Shown: in pieces, positions 20,701 through 28,319 of the stretch
Layout of the letters: each line of letters opens with the position of its first letter
Numbering within the stretch: position 1 is the stretch's first letter
Assembly: GCA_031366795.1 (NCBI GenBank)
Contig: JANLOX010000344.1
Location: forward strand, 1-42,080
Direction: 5' to 3'
Length of the DNA: 42,080 nt
Origin: Candidatus Eiseniibacteriota bacterium
Lineage (GTDB): Bacteria > Eisenbacteria > RBG-16-71-46
Position numbers and translations under genes: made by a program
The notes under the pieces: generated by a model
Seen by the model: the letters and a program-made list of their open reading frames with translations, nothing else
The model's database searches: none
Told to the model about the DNA's origin: nothing

Positions 20701-22324
20701 GCTGTACGGCGATCACTCCATTGTGCGAACTGCCGCCCGCGAGCAGGCCAGTGCCGTTGGGCATCACCGTGTTCGAGGCATCGAGCACGCGGTCGCCATC
20801 GCTATAGAAGCGCAGGTTGCCCGACGCATCCGAGATCGAAGTCGCGGCTTCCACGCCATTTCCCTGCGTGCCGTTGAATGCGATGGGCACGCCGGTCGCG
20901 AAGCTCACCGCCGTGTGGCTGCCGAACACCCAGTTCGTGCACTGGTTCTGGATCGGGGCGCAGGCTGTGACGTAAACCGTGGAGAAATTGCTGTTCGTAT
21001 GGGAATAAGCGTCGTTCACGCTCAGCGAGACCGGCCAGGCGCCAGCGGTGGGATAGGTCACCGAAGGGTTCTGGGTGGTATCGCTCGATGGAGTGCCGCC
21101 GGGGAACGACCACGCGTATGTATAGCCAGTTCCCGATGCAGGCGTGATGAACTGCACCGTGCCGCCCGCACACAACTGCGAGGGCGTGGCGATGATGTAG
21201 GCGTTGAGACCCGCCGTGCAGCCCGCCTGCACGAGTGCCGCGCCACCCACCAATTGGGTGCGGTAGGACGCGATCGCGGTGAACATGCGCATCTTCTGCC
21301 CCGCAGTGAATGCGAAGCGGCAGGCGTCGTTGGTGTAGTCCATGAAGTTCTCGATCGGATCGGCGGCCGAGGTGCAACTGGTGGGCGCAGTCGAGGGGCA
21401 GCCGCTGCGGTTCACCTGCTCGGGTGGCGTATCCGAGACCTGGTCGCCCGGCGTGGCACACCCGCCATGGAACGTGTGGAGCAGGTTCAAGAAGTGGCCG
21501 GCCTCGTGGGTCAGGATCTTCCCGTCGGGATTGCTCGCGAGCAAGTTGTAGCCGCTGCCGTAGGGCGTGTAGTTGCTGCCGAAGCAGTCCGCGCGCATGA
21601 CGATGCCGTCGACCGCCGGTTGCACTGTGGCGGGGAAAGTCGCGTAACCCGCGACTCCGGCAGTGATCGTCTTCACCACCCAGATGTTCAGGTACTGCGT
21701 CGAGGGCAGGTAGGACAGCGCCTTGAGCGCTGCCTCGCTCGCCGGGTTGCCGTACACGTGATTCGTCAGTGGCGCCGAATAGTCGCGCGTGATGCCGGGG
21801 GTCGCGGGGAAGGTGATCGTGCTGTTCGTCGGCAGGCCCAGGGCGAGGCAGAAGCTGATATTCGTGTTCACCGCGGGCGCCGGGTGGGCCGGCAAGTTCG
21901 CGAAGTCGCGATTGAGCGCATAGAGCTGGCTCAGGACCTGAGTGTCGCTGATGTCCTCGATCGCGTTCGGCGCGCTGGCGACGATGTGCACCACGACGGG
22001 GATGACATAAGACGTCGCGCTCGAACTGGTGCTGTTGCGCTGCTTGTTCGTCGACGACAGCAACCCCTGTCGCTCGGCCTCGCGCACCAACAGCTCGTAC
22101 ATCTCCCGGCGCTCGCGCAGCGCCGGGTCCAACGCGAGTTGGCGCTCGAGCAGGTCTTCGGACGCACACGGGTCCACGCCCTCGCTCGCGCCCCACGCCG
22201 AGCCCGCGGCCATGCGCGTGGGCTCGGCATGAGCGGTGCGGGTGAGCGTGCAGGCGAATAGCGCCGCCACGAGTGGCGCGAGCGCAAGCATCGCGGGGCG
22301 AAATGAGGGGCGGAGCGAGTTCAT
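17735..22324 (-). CDS. Secreted M43 (pappalysin/ulilysin) metalloprotease with PKD, propeller-like, PKD, LamG and FlgD/T9SS-like C-terminal domains
   Basis: Signal peptide, IPVVVHIV, HEAGHFLNLLH, Met-turn NFMDY, PKD motifs WSFPGG and WSFGD, LamG DGQWHHV...FDGAIDEV, C-terminal PNP...LYDIAGRRV...GMYLVRM. Confidence 0.9.
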   Translation of the reverse strand: MNSLRPSFRPAMLALAPLVAALFACTLTRTAHAEPTRMAAGSAWGASEGVDPCASEDLLERQLALDPALRERREMYELLVREAERQGLLSSTNKQRNSTSSSATSYVIPVVVHIVASAPNAIEDISDTQVLSQLYALNRDFANLPAHPAPAVNTNISFCLALGLPTNSTITFPATPGITRDYSAPLTNHVYGNPASEAALKALSYLPSTQYLNIWVVKTITAGVAGYATFPATVQPAVDGIVMRADCFGSNYTPYGSGYNLLASNPDGKILTHEAGHFLNLLHTFHGGCATPGDQVSDTPPEQVNRSGCPSTAPTSCTSAADPIENFMDYTNDACRFAFTAGQKMRMFTAIASYRTQLVGGAALVQAGCTAGLNAYIIATPSQLCAGGTVQFITPASGTGYTYAWSFPGGTPSSDTTQNPSVTYPTAGAWPVSLSVNDAYSHTNSNFSTVYVTACAPIQNQCTNWVFGSHTAVSFATGVPIAFNGTQGNGVEAATSISDASGNLRFYSDGDRVLDASNTVMPNGTGLLAGGSSHNGVIAVQRPGSTSQYYLFTVKMIEYAATTNLLNYSVVDMTLHAGLGDIPAGQKNLAISIPGNPDGMMEALALIPNCNGTDWWLITEGATGNVAKVFVTPVTSAGPGVTQAYTPSGGHGTAPGAIVPSADGTMFSTVANIGDVAIYNFNRATGSVSVSMPSTVIGAYYDAVLSPDKKLLYYGYYISSVFGVRQLNLTTMQTRELVTNQECVIRPGPDGKLYVGGGTASALHCINFPNQFNTNNQNECGLNLLCIPFPYPYSETLFGSLPNMPLACTGVNPPAQFEYTVSNCTTVNFHSVNCAGPYNWSFGDNTSGSGVSVSHTYAGPGTYSVTLTVPAASPTTSTQGVTLGMQPVTLAGANTACSNPNNYSAIGPANYTYHWSASGGTPPTATGSNVDITWLSTGGTLTLIATDSTSGCTTVVTKNVGACPSCTKPPLGMSAWWPLDEPTGPNAIETVLGSHGVDINAPSHVTGMVKRARQFNGVNNYVRANDTPGINFGTGNLTIDAWVRTLATTGIRSIVDKRFPDPEVGYAMYLKNGRLALRLSDPSNASGTENWTRTNPNVADGQWHHVASVEDRSDAATGSRLYVDGNLAANFPAFNPTGSVTTTEKLLIGAGASTTGPSTFFDGAIDEVELFQRALATSDILGIVQSDTLGKCKEFAWVPAYASLCRDQSDITLTLQVCNHTTATQTYNLVLTGLPTGGACTWPGPTAFQVLGPNPVTVPPNSCVPVSYKVFRPAGMPIYATTCYQVAMTNIASNYSTVAQGSITSARQWCFLTAALNKAAANISTGATLRFVLTNTSDGPLATPFTVRAMAAEPGLGESPAIAFGGVAPGLPYSGVANVGPGDSIAVEVFTRFTEPRPFRAYNIVLAADEDGDGTWDAQASAVLRYAADSIATLAVLVPRPAALTTSLSVAPNPTRDRTLLSFTLPVRGRVDIALYDIAGRRVQQVLAEVREAGAGSVVVDCSGLPRGMYLVRMRTGGAVAAQRLVMLK

Positions 22325-22504
22325 GATTCTAACGAGTATACGCGTGCCCGCCAGCGGAGGAACAAGAAAGGGGGGCGGGGCGACGCGAACTGGTGGGGCA
22401 ATCTTTCCATCGTTAATCAGGGCGAAATCGTGACGCTCTGCTCCCCCTTGGTTGTCGCACTCGTCGGTGGTTCAATTATGCCTTCATCTTGAGAGGTTTC
22501 CTCC

Positions 22505-24082
22505 GTGACCACCCGCTGCTCGGGGATGGCGCTCGCCGCCGTCCTCTCCCTGACGACAGTTTCGAGCACTCTTGCGGCAGCCGGCCGTGACGCATTTCTG
22601 TCCCTTGCGCCGCCTGCCCTCGCGGCTGGCCAGGTGTGGACGCGTGAGGTCGATCTCAGCTGGACGACCCCCGACAGTCTCACGGCGCTCACGTTCGCCG
22701 TGGAGCGCAGCACCAACGGGACGACATTCACGGTCGTCGATTCGGTCAGCACCACGGTGGCAGCCGTTGCGGGCCTGGCCCCGGGGACGACCTACTGGTT
22801 CCGCGTTCGCGCGTTTGATGCGAATGGAACCTCATCGTTTTCGAACGTGGTACAGGCGGTGACGCGCGCGTGTTCGCCATCGGCTCTCACGGAATCGCCG
22901 CCATCGGAGCTGTCGCTTGACCACGCTGAATCCAAGTCGACCGATTGGTGCGGCGCGGTGTTCGACCGGAGTGCGAGCCTGTTCGCCCGTTTCTCCGTGA
23001 GCGACTTGCCACCCTGTGTATCGGGTACATGCGACCTGCCTGCCACGCGCGACGGAACGCCACGCAATCCGATCGCAGTGCGAGTACTCGTCCACGTCAT
23101 GCGCGAGACGGATGGTTCGGGCGGCGTTTCGGGCGCGCTCGTCGACAGCATGATCGCGCAAATGAACCGCGACTTTGCGCCTCACGCGATTCGCGTCGAC
23201 GAGGTTGCGACGCTATTCCATGACGACAGCCAGTTCGCGACGCTCGCCACACGTGACCAGTTGGCCGCCATGAAGGACGCGTATTCGCAGTCGCCGTCCC
23301 AGAACCTGAATCTCTTCATCTCAGCCGCTGCGCTCCCGTTCGACGGGGTGGGCACCCTGCCATGGGATCCGGATGCGTTGGCTTCGCAAGGGGGAATCTG
23401 GCTCAACAGCAACCTCGTGGACGGCGTCCACCATTCGGCGAGCCACGAACTCGGCCACTGCCTCGGGCTCTACCACACGTTCCACGGTACGGATGAGGTC
23501 AAGAGTTGTGCCGCTGCGTGCTACGAACCAGCCACCGGTGCGAACGCCGATGCGAGTGGTGACTTGTGTTCGGACACCCGTTCAACGCCGCGCAACTTCT
23601 CATGTGCTGATCCCGGCGGATGCGATTGCGCCGGCACACCATGGGGCGCCACACCGCTACACAACATCATGGGGTACGGGCCCGCACTGTGCGTGAACGA
23701 GTTCACACCTCAGCAGGAGCGGCGCATGTTGTGCTGGGCGCGCGCGGCACTCGGCTCGATCATCGTGAACCTCGCGGGCGTCGAGCCGCCAATTGCGGAG
23801 CGCGCTGATCCCGCGATGTGGACCGCGGGGCTGGGTGAGCCGAGCGGGACGGCGCGGGTGTGGTACGCGCTGCCATCGCCAGGCCGCGCCACGCTCGCGC
23901 TCTATGATGTGCGGGGCCGGCGCGTGGTGACGCTCGTGGACCGCGATGAGACCGCGGGCAAGCATGAGCTGCGATGGGACGGCCGTGACGGCGCGGGCGG
24001 GCGCACGAGCCCGGGCATGTATCTATTGAGGATCGCAGCCGCGGGCGGGTCCGCTTCGGGCAAGCTGGTGATGGTTCGCTGA
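22505..24082 (+). CDS. Secreted FN3 + M43 metalloprotease + FlgD-like C-terminal domain
   Basis: FN3 (LSWT...GLAPGTTYWFRVRA), HELGHCLGLYH, NIMGY, and LYDVRGRRV...WDGRD...GMYLLRI. The start may be 22526. Confidence 0.88.
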   Translation: MTTRCSGMALAAVLSLTTVSSTLAAAGRDAFLSLAPPALAAGQVWTREVDLSWTTPDSLTALTFAVERSTNGTTFTVVDSVSTTVAAVAGLAPGTTYWFRVRAFDANGTSSFSNVVQAVTRACSPSALTESPPSELSLDHAESKSTDWCGAVFDRSASLFARFSVSDLPPCVSGTCDLPATRDGTPRNPIAVRVLVHVMRETDGSGGVSGALVDSMIAQMNRDFAPHAIRVDEVATLFHDDSQFATLATRDQLAAMKDAYSQSPSQNLNLFISAAALPFDGVGTLPWDPDALASQGGIWLNSNLVDGVHHSASHELGHCLGLYHTFHGTDEVKSCAAACYEPATGANADASGDLCSDTRSTPRNFSCADPGGCDCAGTPWGATPLHNIMGYGPALCVNEFTPQQERRMLCWARAALGSIIVNLAGVEPPIAERADPAMWTAGLGEPSGTARVWYALPSPGRATLALYDVRGRRVVTLVDRDETAGKHELRWDGRDGAGGRTSPGMYLLRIAAAGGSASGKLVMVR

Positions 24083-24122
24083 GCGCCGGGTCGCGGGGCG
24101 ACTGGAATCCTGAGCAGCGAGT

Positions 24123-24155
24123 GCGGGACGGCGACGAGGTTGGTCGCCGTCCCGC
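24123..24155. terminator. Hairpin between convergent genes
   Basis: GCGGGACGGCGAC-7nt-GTCGCCGTCCCGC, a perfect 13-bp stem. No U-tract. Confidence 0.6.
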
Positions 24156-24188
24156 TCCTCGCGATGGAAGGGGGTCGGATTCGGTAAA

Positions 24189-25196
24189 TCAGTGCAGCCG
24201 AACAATCCGCCGTCCGACGCTCTCTCCGTTGGCGTTGAACTCGTAGAAGTAGGCGCCTGCAGGCATCGCCCGCCCGTTCGTGTCGCGACCGTCCCAGATC
24301 GCTTCGTGCCGACCGGCCTGCACGGTGCCATCCACGAGCGTACGCACCTCGCGTCCCATCGTGTCGAACAAGCGCAGCGAGGCGCGTCCCGATGAGGGCA
24401 CGCTGTACTCGATGCGTGATTCGCGTGACGTAGGGTTCGGGAAGCTCGAGCCCAGAGCGATCGAACGCTGCGGACCCTGGTCTCCGGACTCAACCGAGAC
24501 CGGCGGCGCGCTGTTCTCGAACACATAGATGATGCGGTTTAGGGCGGTGCTGGGAAAGCCTTCCCTGAAGGTGAGCATCAACTCCTGGCGGCCATCGTTA
24601 TCGTAGTCCGCTGCGGTGTTGGACTCGTTCACCGAGGAGGAGCCCGGCCCGGTCGGGTTAAACGTCGCGAACAGCGCGCCGTTCCTATTGCGAACTTCGT
24701 AATTGTGGCCGGCCCCGGGACCGACCTCGGAGAAGACCAAGTAGAGATGCCCGTTGCCATCCAGGTCAGCGAAGAACCAGGTCGACGCTAGTCCAGGAAG
24801 GGGGATAAAGGCCCAACGCACGGCCAGGGTGCTCGAGCCTGTCGTGTAGTCGAGGCAGGTGAGCTTGAAGGTGACGTTGTCCAGAAAAATGATCTCCAAG
24901 TCGCCGTCGCCGTCGATGTCGGCGAAATTGAAATTGCTCGGCTGGTAAGCCGCAACCGTCAGTGCCTCGATCGCCCCGGTCGCGGCCGAGCGGATGGCGA
25001 TCTTCTCGCCGCCTGCGTCCAACTCGCCGGTGATCATGTCGAAGACTCCATCGCCATCGATGTCGCCGATCACGGAGATCACGTCGTAGCCGGAGCCGGT
25101 GGTATGCCACTTCTCGGTCATGGCGGCGGAGGCGAGCGTCGGGACCAGCGAGAGAGTTGCAATGGCGAGTGCTGCAAAGAATCGGCGGGTGAGCAT
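24189..25196 (-). CDS. Secreted FG-GAP repeat protein with FlgD-like C-terminal domain
   Basis: Signal peptide MLTRRFF...ASA, repeats DIDGDG, DLDGNG and DYDNDG, C-terminal FPNP...WDGRD...GAYFYEF. GGAG precedes ATG 25196. Confidence 0.85.
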   Translation of the reverse strand: MLTRRFFAALAIATLSLVPTLASAAMTEKWHTTGSGYDVISVIGDIDGDGVFDMITGELDAGGEKIAIRSAATGAIEALTVAAYQPSNFNFADIDGDGDLEIIFLDNVTFKLTCLDYTTGSSTLAVRWAFIPLPGLASTWFFADLDGNGHLYLVFSEVGPGAGHNYEVRNRNGALFATFNPTGPGSSSVNESNTAADYDNDGRQELMLTFREGFPSTALNRIIYVFENSAPPVSVESGDQGPQRSIALGSSFPNPTSRESRIEYSVPSSGRASLRLFDTMGREVRTLVDGTVQAGRHEAIWDGRDTNGRAMPAGAYFYEFNANGESVGRRIVRLH

Positions 25197-25331
25197 GGGG
25201 ACGCTCCAAGATGTGGGATCAGGCGCGGGCGTGCCCGGGCTACGACTCGCCCGGGTGGGCGAGAGTAAGCATGCATGAAAGGCCAATAAAACGGGTGGTC
25301 CTTGGTGCAAAGCAATTAGAGCGCTATCCGC

Positions 25332-25381
25332 CCGTGTTCGCGACTAAGGGATTTCAGCCGACGTTGTCGAAGTTGACCGCC
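25332..25381 (+). repeat. Diverged 50-bp direct repeat of 31310..31359 (remnant of the small-gene/nucleotidyltransferase junction)
   Basis: 43/50 nt identical by manual alignment. Encodes VFATKGFQPTLSKLTA versus (V/M)FPTEGFQPTLSKLTA. Confidence 0.8.
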
Positions 25382-25430
25382 CCGATCACAGCGTCCAACA
25401 ACTCCGCTCGGAGTCGCCCGGCTTTCACGT

Positions 25431-25436
25431 TATATT
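25431..25436 (+). promoter_or_regulatory. -10 hexamer of a probable leaderless promoter
   Basis: TATATT with a 6-nt spacer to ATG 25443. No SD sequence. Confidence 0.55.
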
Positions 25437-25442
25437 GGCCGA

Positions 25443-28208
25443 ATGCGCCTGACCCCTGCGACATGCCTTGGATCCTTCGAAGTCATCGCCCCGCTCGGCG
25501 CGGGCGGCATGGGCGAGGTGTATAGGGCACGCGACCTGCGGCTCGGTCGCGAGGTGGCCCTCAAGGTGCTCCCCGCGGAGGTGGCCGACAGCCCGGATCG
25601 CTTGGCCCGCTTCGAGCGCGAGGCCCGCACCGTTGCCAGCCTCAATCACCCGAACATCGTCGTCCTCTACTCCTTGGAGAACGTGGACGGCACACACTTC
25701 CTCACGATGGAGCTGATCGAGGGGCAAAGTCTCGACCGCCACGTTATGCGCGAGGGCCTCCCGCTCTCGCGTGTGGTCGAGTTAGGTATTGCGCTCGCTG
25801 ACGCGCTCACGGCCGCGCATGAGAAGGGTGTCGTGCACCGCGACTTGAAACCGGCCAACGTCATGCTGACCACCGAGGGCCGCGTGAAGGTGCTGGACTT
25901 CGGTCTCGCGAAACCGGCGGAGCCAAGACCCGCGCTCGACACGACCCAGGCGCCGACCATGACCACGCCGCTGTCGGTGCCGGGGCAGGTCCTCGGCACG
26001 ATGCCCTACATGGCGCCGGAGCAAGTGCGCGGCGAAACCGCGGACGCGCGCAGCGACTTATTCTCGCTCGGCATCATGCTCTACGAACTGGCCACGGGGC
26101 GCCGACCGTTCACGGGGGACGACCCGGCTTCGCTCATCTCCTCGATCCTGCGCGACGATCCTCCTCTGGTCACGAACCTTAACCCCGCGTTGCCCGCCGA
26201 GTTCGCGAAACTGGTCGCGCGCTGTCTGGCCAAGGCCGCGAACGACCGCTTCCAGAGTGCGCGTGATGTCCGTGCCGCGCTGGAGCACGTGCCGCGGGCG
26301 ACCGCGCAACAGGGACACGAGGTCCGCGCCGTTACGCCAACTCCTGTTTCGGCGCCGGCCTCTACTTCCAGCAGTCCATCAATAGCCGTGCTTCCTTTTC
26401 GCAACCTGAGCGCGGATCCCGAGAACGAATACTTCTCGGACGGCATCACCGAGGAACTGCTCAATTCGCTGGCCCAGCTTCGCGGGCTCAAGGTCGCGGC
26501 GCGCACGTCCTCGTTTGCATTCAAGAACCATGGGACGGATCTGCGGACCATCGCGGCCAGTCTCGGCGTCGGCGCGCTGCTGGAAGGCAGTGTGCGTCGC
26601 CAGGGTCAGCGCGTCCGCATCACCGCCCAGTTGGTGAACGCGTCCGATGGCTATCAATTGTGGTCAGAGTCGTTTGACCGCCAGCTCGACGACGTGTTTG
26701 CGATCCAAGCGGACATCGCCGAGCGGGTCGCTAGCGCATTGCGCGTGACGCTGTTGCAGTCAGACGCCGCGCGTCTGCGCAGCCCCGATACGCGGAATGC
26801 CGAGGCGTACGATGCGTATCTCCGTGGGCTCCAGCAGATGGCCACGTTCGGAGTCGAGACCGTGCTCGAAGCCGCTCGGTCCTTCCAGCGTGCCACCGAG
26901 CTCGACCCGCAGTTCGCAAAGGCCCATGCCGGGATCGCGAATGCCTACCTGTTCGGCTACGAGACCTCGGCCATTCCACTGGACGAACTGCTCCGAGTCG
27001 CCGAGCCTGCCGCCGACGTCGCGATGCGGCTCGACCCAGGCCTGAGCGAGGCTCATGCGGCGTTGGGCGGTCTGCTGGCGGTCAAGCGAGACGCGGCGGG
27101 AGCGCGGCAGGCGTTTCGCCGCGCGCTCGAACTCAATCCCGGCAACACGCACGCGAGCCATCTCTATGGAACCTTCCTGTGGCATCACTGGCAACTCGAT
27201 GAGATGAGCGAGGTCTACGATCGTGCGCTGCGGATCGACCCACTCGACGCGACTCTGCACGGGTTCTACGGTTTTGGATTGGAAACCATGGGCCGACTGG
27301 ACGATGCGGAGGCTGCCTTTGCGAGAGCTCGTTCCACCGACCCCTTGAATCCCGCCGGCTACTACATGGGTGGAATGTTCGTCTTCGACATGCGAGGCGA
27401 TGCGGTGGAAGCGTCGCAGTTGCTCCGCCGTTCCACCGAAGTCGACCCTGCGGATCCCGAGCTGCTGGCGTGGCTGGCCCACGTGTTGCTCACACTGGGC
27501 GAGCACGCGATGGCGATCGAAACGTCGCAGCGCGCGGTAAAGCTCGGACCATCAAATGGATTCGCGTTGTCCACCCGGGCCCTCGTACATCTTCAAGTGG
27601 GCGAAGTGGCAGAGGCGTTGGAACTGTCGCTCCACGCGCTCGCGCCGTCCATCCTGCAACGCATCGGGAGCCGGCTGGTATTGCTGCGCATTCTGCGGGT
27701 GGGCTGGCTACGGGAGGGAAGGGTGTTGGAGGCCGTCAAAGCCTTCGAGGACGCCTACCCGAGTGTGGCGCGAGGCGAGAGCCTGTTGGCGGCGCCGCTC
27801 GAGAATCCACAATACGGCGGCTTTGGCGAGGTGGTGGGAGCGGCACTCGACCTGGCGCACCTGCGAGTGGCGGCGGGAGACGAAGCGGGTAGCTCAGCGC
27901 TCGTTCGGCTCGTGCGCGCGACCCTTGATCGCCAGCCGGCGATGCAATTCCTACGCCTGTTCGGTCCCGGAACTGCCGACGCTGAGATTGCCATGCTCGA
28001 AGGTCGCTATCCCGATGCGCTTCGCTTGCTGTCCCGGTTGGTTGATTCTGGTTGGATCGCAAACTGGCGGTTCACGCTGGAGCACTCACCGATTTGGGAC
28101 CCAGCGCGACAGGATCCAGCGTTCGCCCGCATGGTGGCCACTCTCGAGGAGCGGACCCGAATGCAACGCGATCGGCTCCGCGCGAAGGATGGCGGAGGGT
28201 CGGAGTAA
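25443..28208 (+). CDS. Hanks-type Ser/Thr kinase with TolB-N-like domain and TPR repeats
   Basis: GAGGMGEVY, VALK, HRDLKPAN, DFG, YMAPE, then SIAVLPFRNLS...YFSDGITEEL, then TPRs. Confidence 0.93.
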   Translation: MRLTPATCLGSFEVIAPLGAGGMGEVYRARDLRLGREVALKVLPAEVADSPDRLARFEREARTVASLNHPNIVVLYSLENVDGTHFLTMELIEGQSLDRHVMREGLPLSRVVELGIALADALTAAHEKGVVHRDLKPANVMLTTEGRVKVLDFGLAKPAEPRPALDTTQAPTMTTPLSVPGQVLGTMPYMAPEQVRGETADARSDLFSLGIMLYELATGRRPFTGDDPASLISSILRDDPPLVTNLNPALPAEFAKLVARCLAKAANDRFQSARDVRAALEHVPRATAQQGHEVRAVTPTPVSAPASTSSSPSIAVLPFRNLSADPENEYFSDGITEELLNSLAQLRGLKVAARTSSFAFKNHGTDLRTIAASLGVGALLEGSVRRQGQRVRITAQLVNASDGYQLWSESFDRQLDDVFAIQADIAERVASALRVTLLQSDAARLRSPDTRNAEAYDAYLRGLQQMATFGVETVLEAARSFQRATELDPQFAKAHAGIANAYLFGYETSAIPLDELLRVAEPAADVAMRLDPGLSEAHAALGGLLAVKRDAAGARQAFRRALELNPGNTHASHLYGTFLWHHWQLDEMSEVYDRALRIDPLDATLHGFYGFGLETMGRLDDAEAAFARARSTDPLNPAGYYMGGMFVFDMRGDAVEASQLLRRSTEVDPADPELLAWLAHVLLTLGEHAMAIETSQRAVKLGPSNGFALSTRALVHLQVGEVAEALELSLHALAPSILQRIGSRLVLLRILRVGWLREGRVLEAVKAFEDAYPSVARGESLLAAPLENPQYGGFGEVVGAALDLAHLRVAAGDEAGSSALVRLVRATLDRQPAMQFLRLFGPGTADAEIAMLEGRYPDALRLLSRLVDSGWIANWRFTLEHSPIWDPARQDPAFARMVATLEERTRMQRDRLRAKDGGGSE

Positions 28209-28307
28209 AGTCAGCCGGGAGACATCCAGGAATACCGCGACGGGTAAGCCCTCGCACGAGTCGCACATCAGTCGCACTCCCGCTTCCCGCCAGCCGCGTG
28301 GATCGCG

Positions 28308-28313
28308 TATTCT
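28308..28313 (+). promoter_or_regulatory. -10 hexamer of a probable leaderless promoter
   Basis: TATTCT with a 6-nt spacer to ATG 28320. No SD sequence. Confidence 0.5.
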
Positions 28314-28319
28314 GCCCAT

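Noticed and set aside
18401..22261. Long antisense or alternate-frame ORFs (for example 18401..20419, 20597..22261, also 15325..16938 and 7397..8764)
   Set aside because: These are Arg/Ala/Gly-rich shadows of well-supported genes, expected in high-GC DNA, and carry no motifs.
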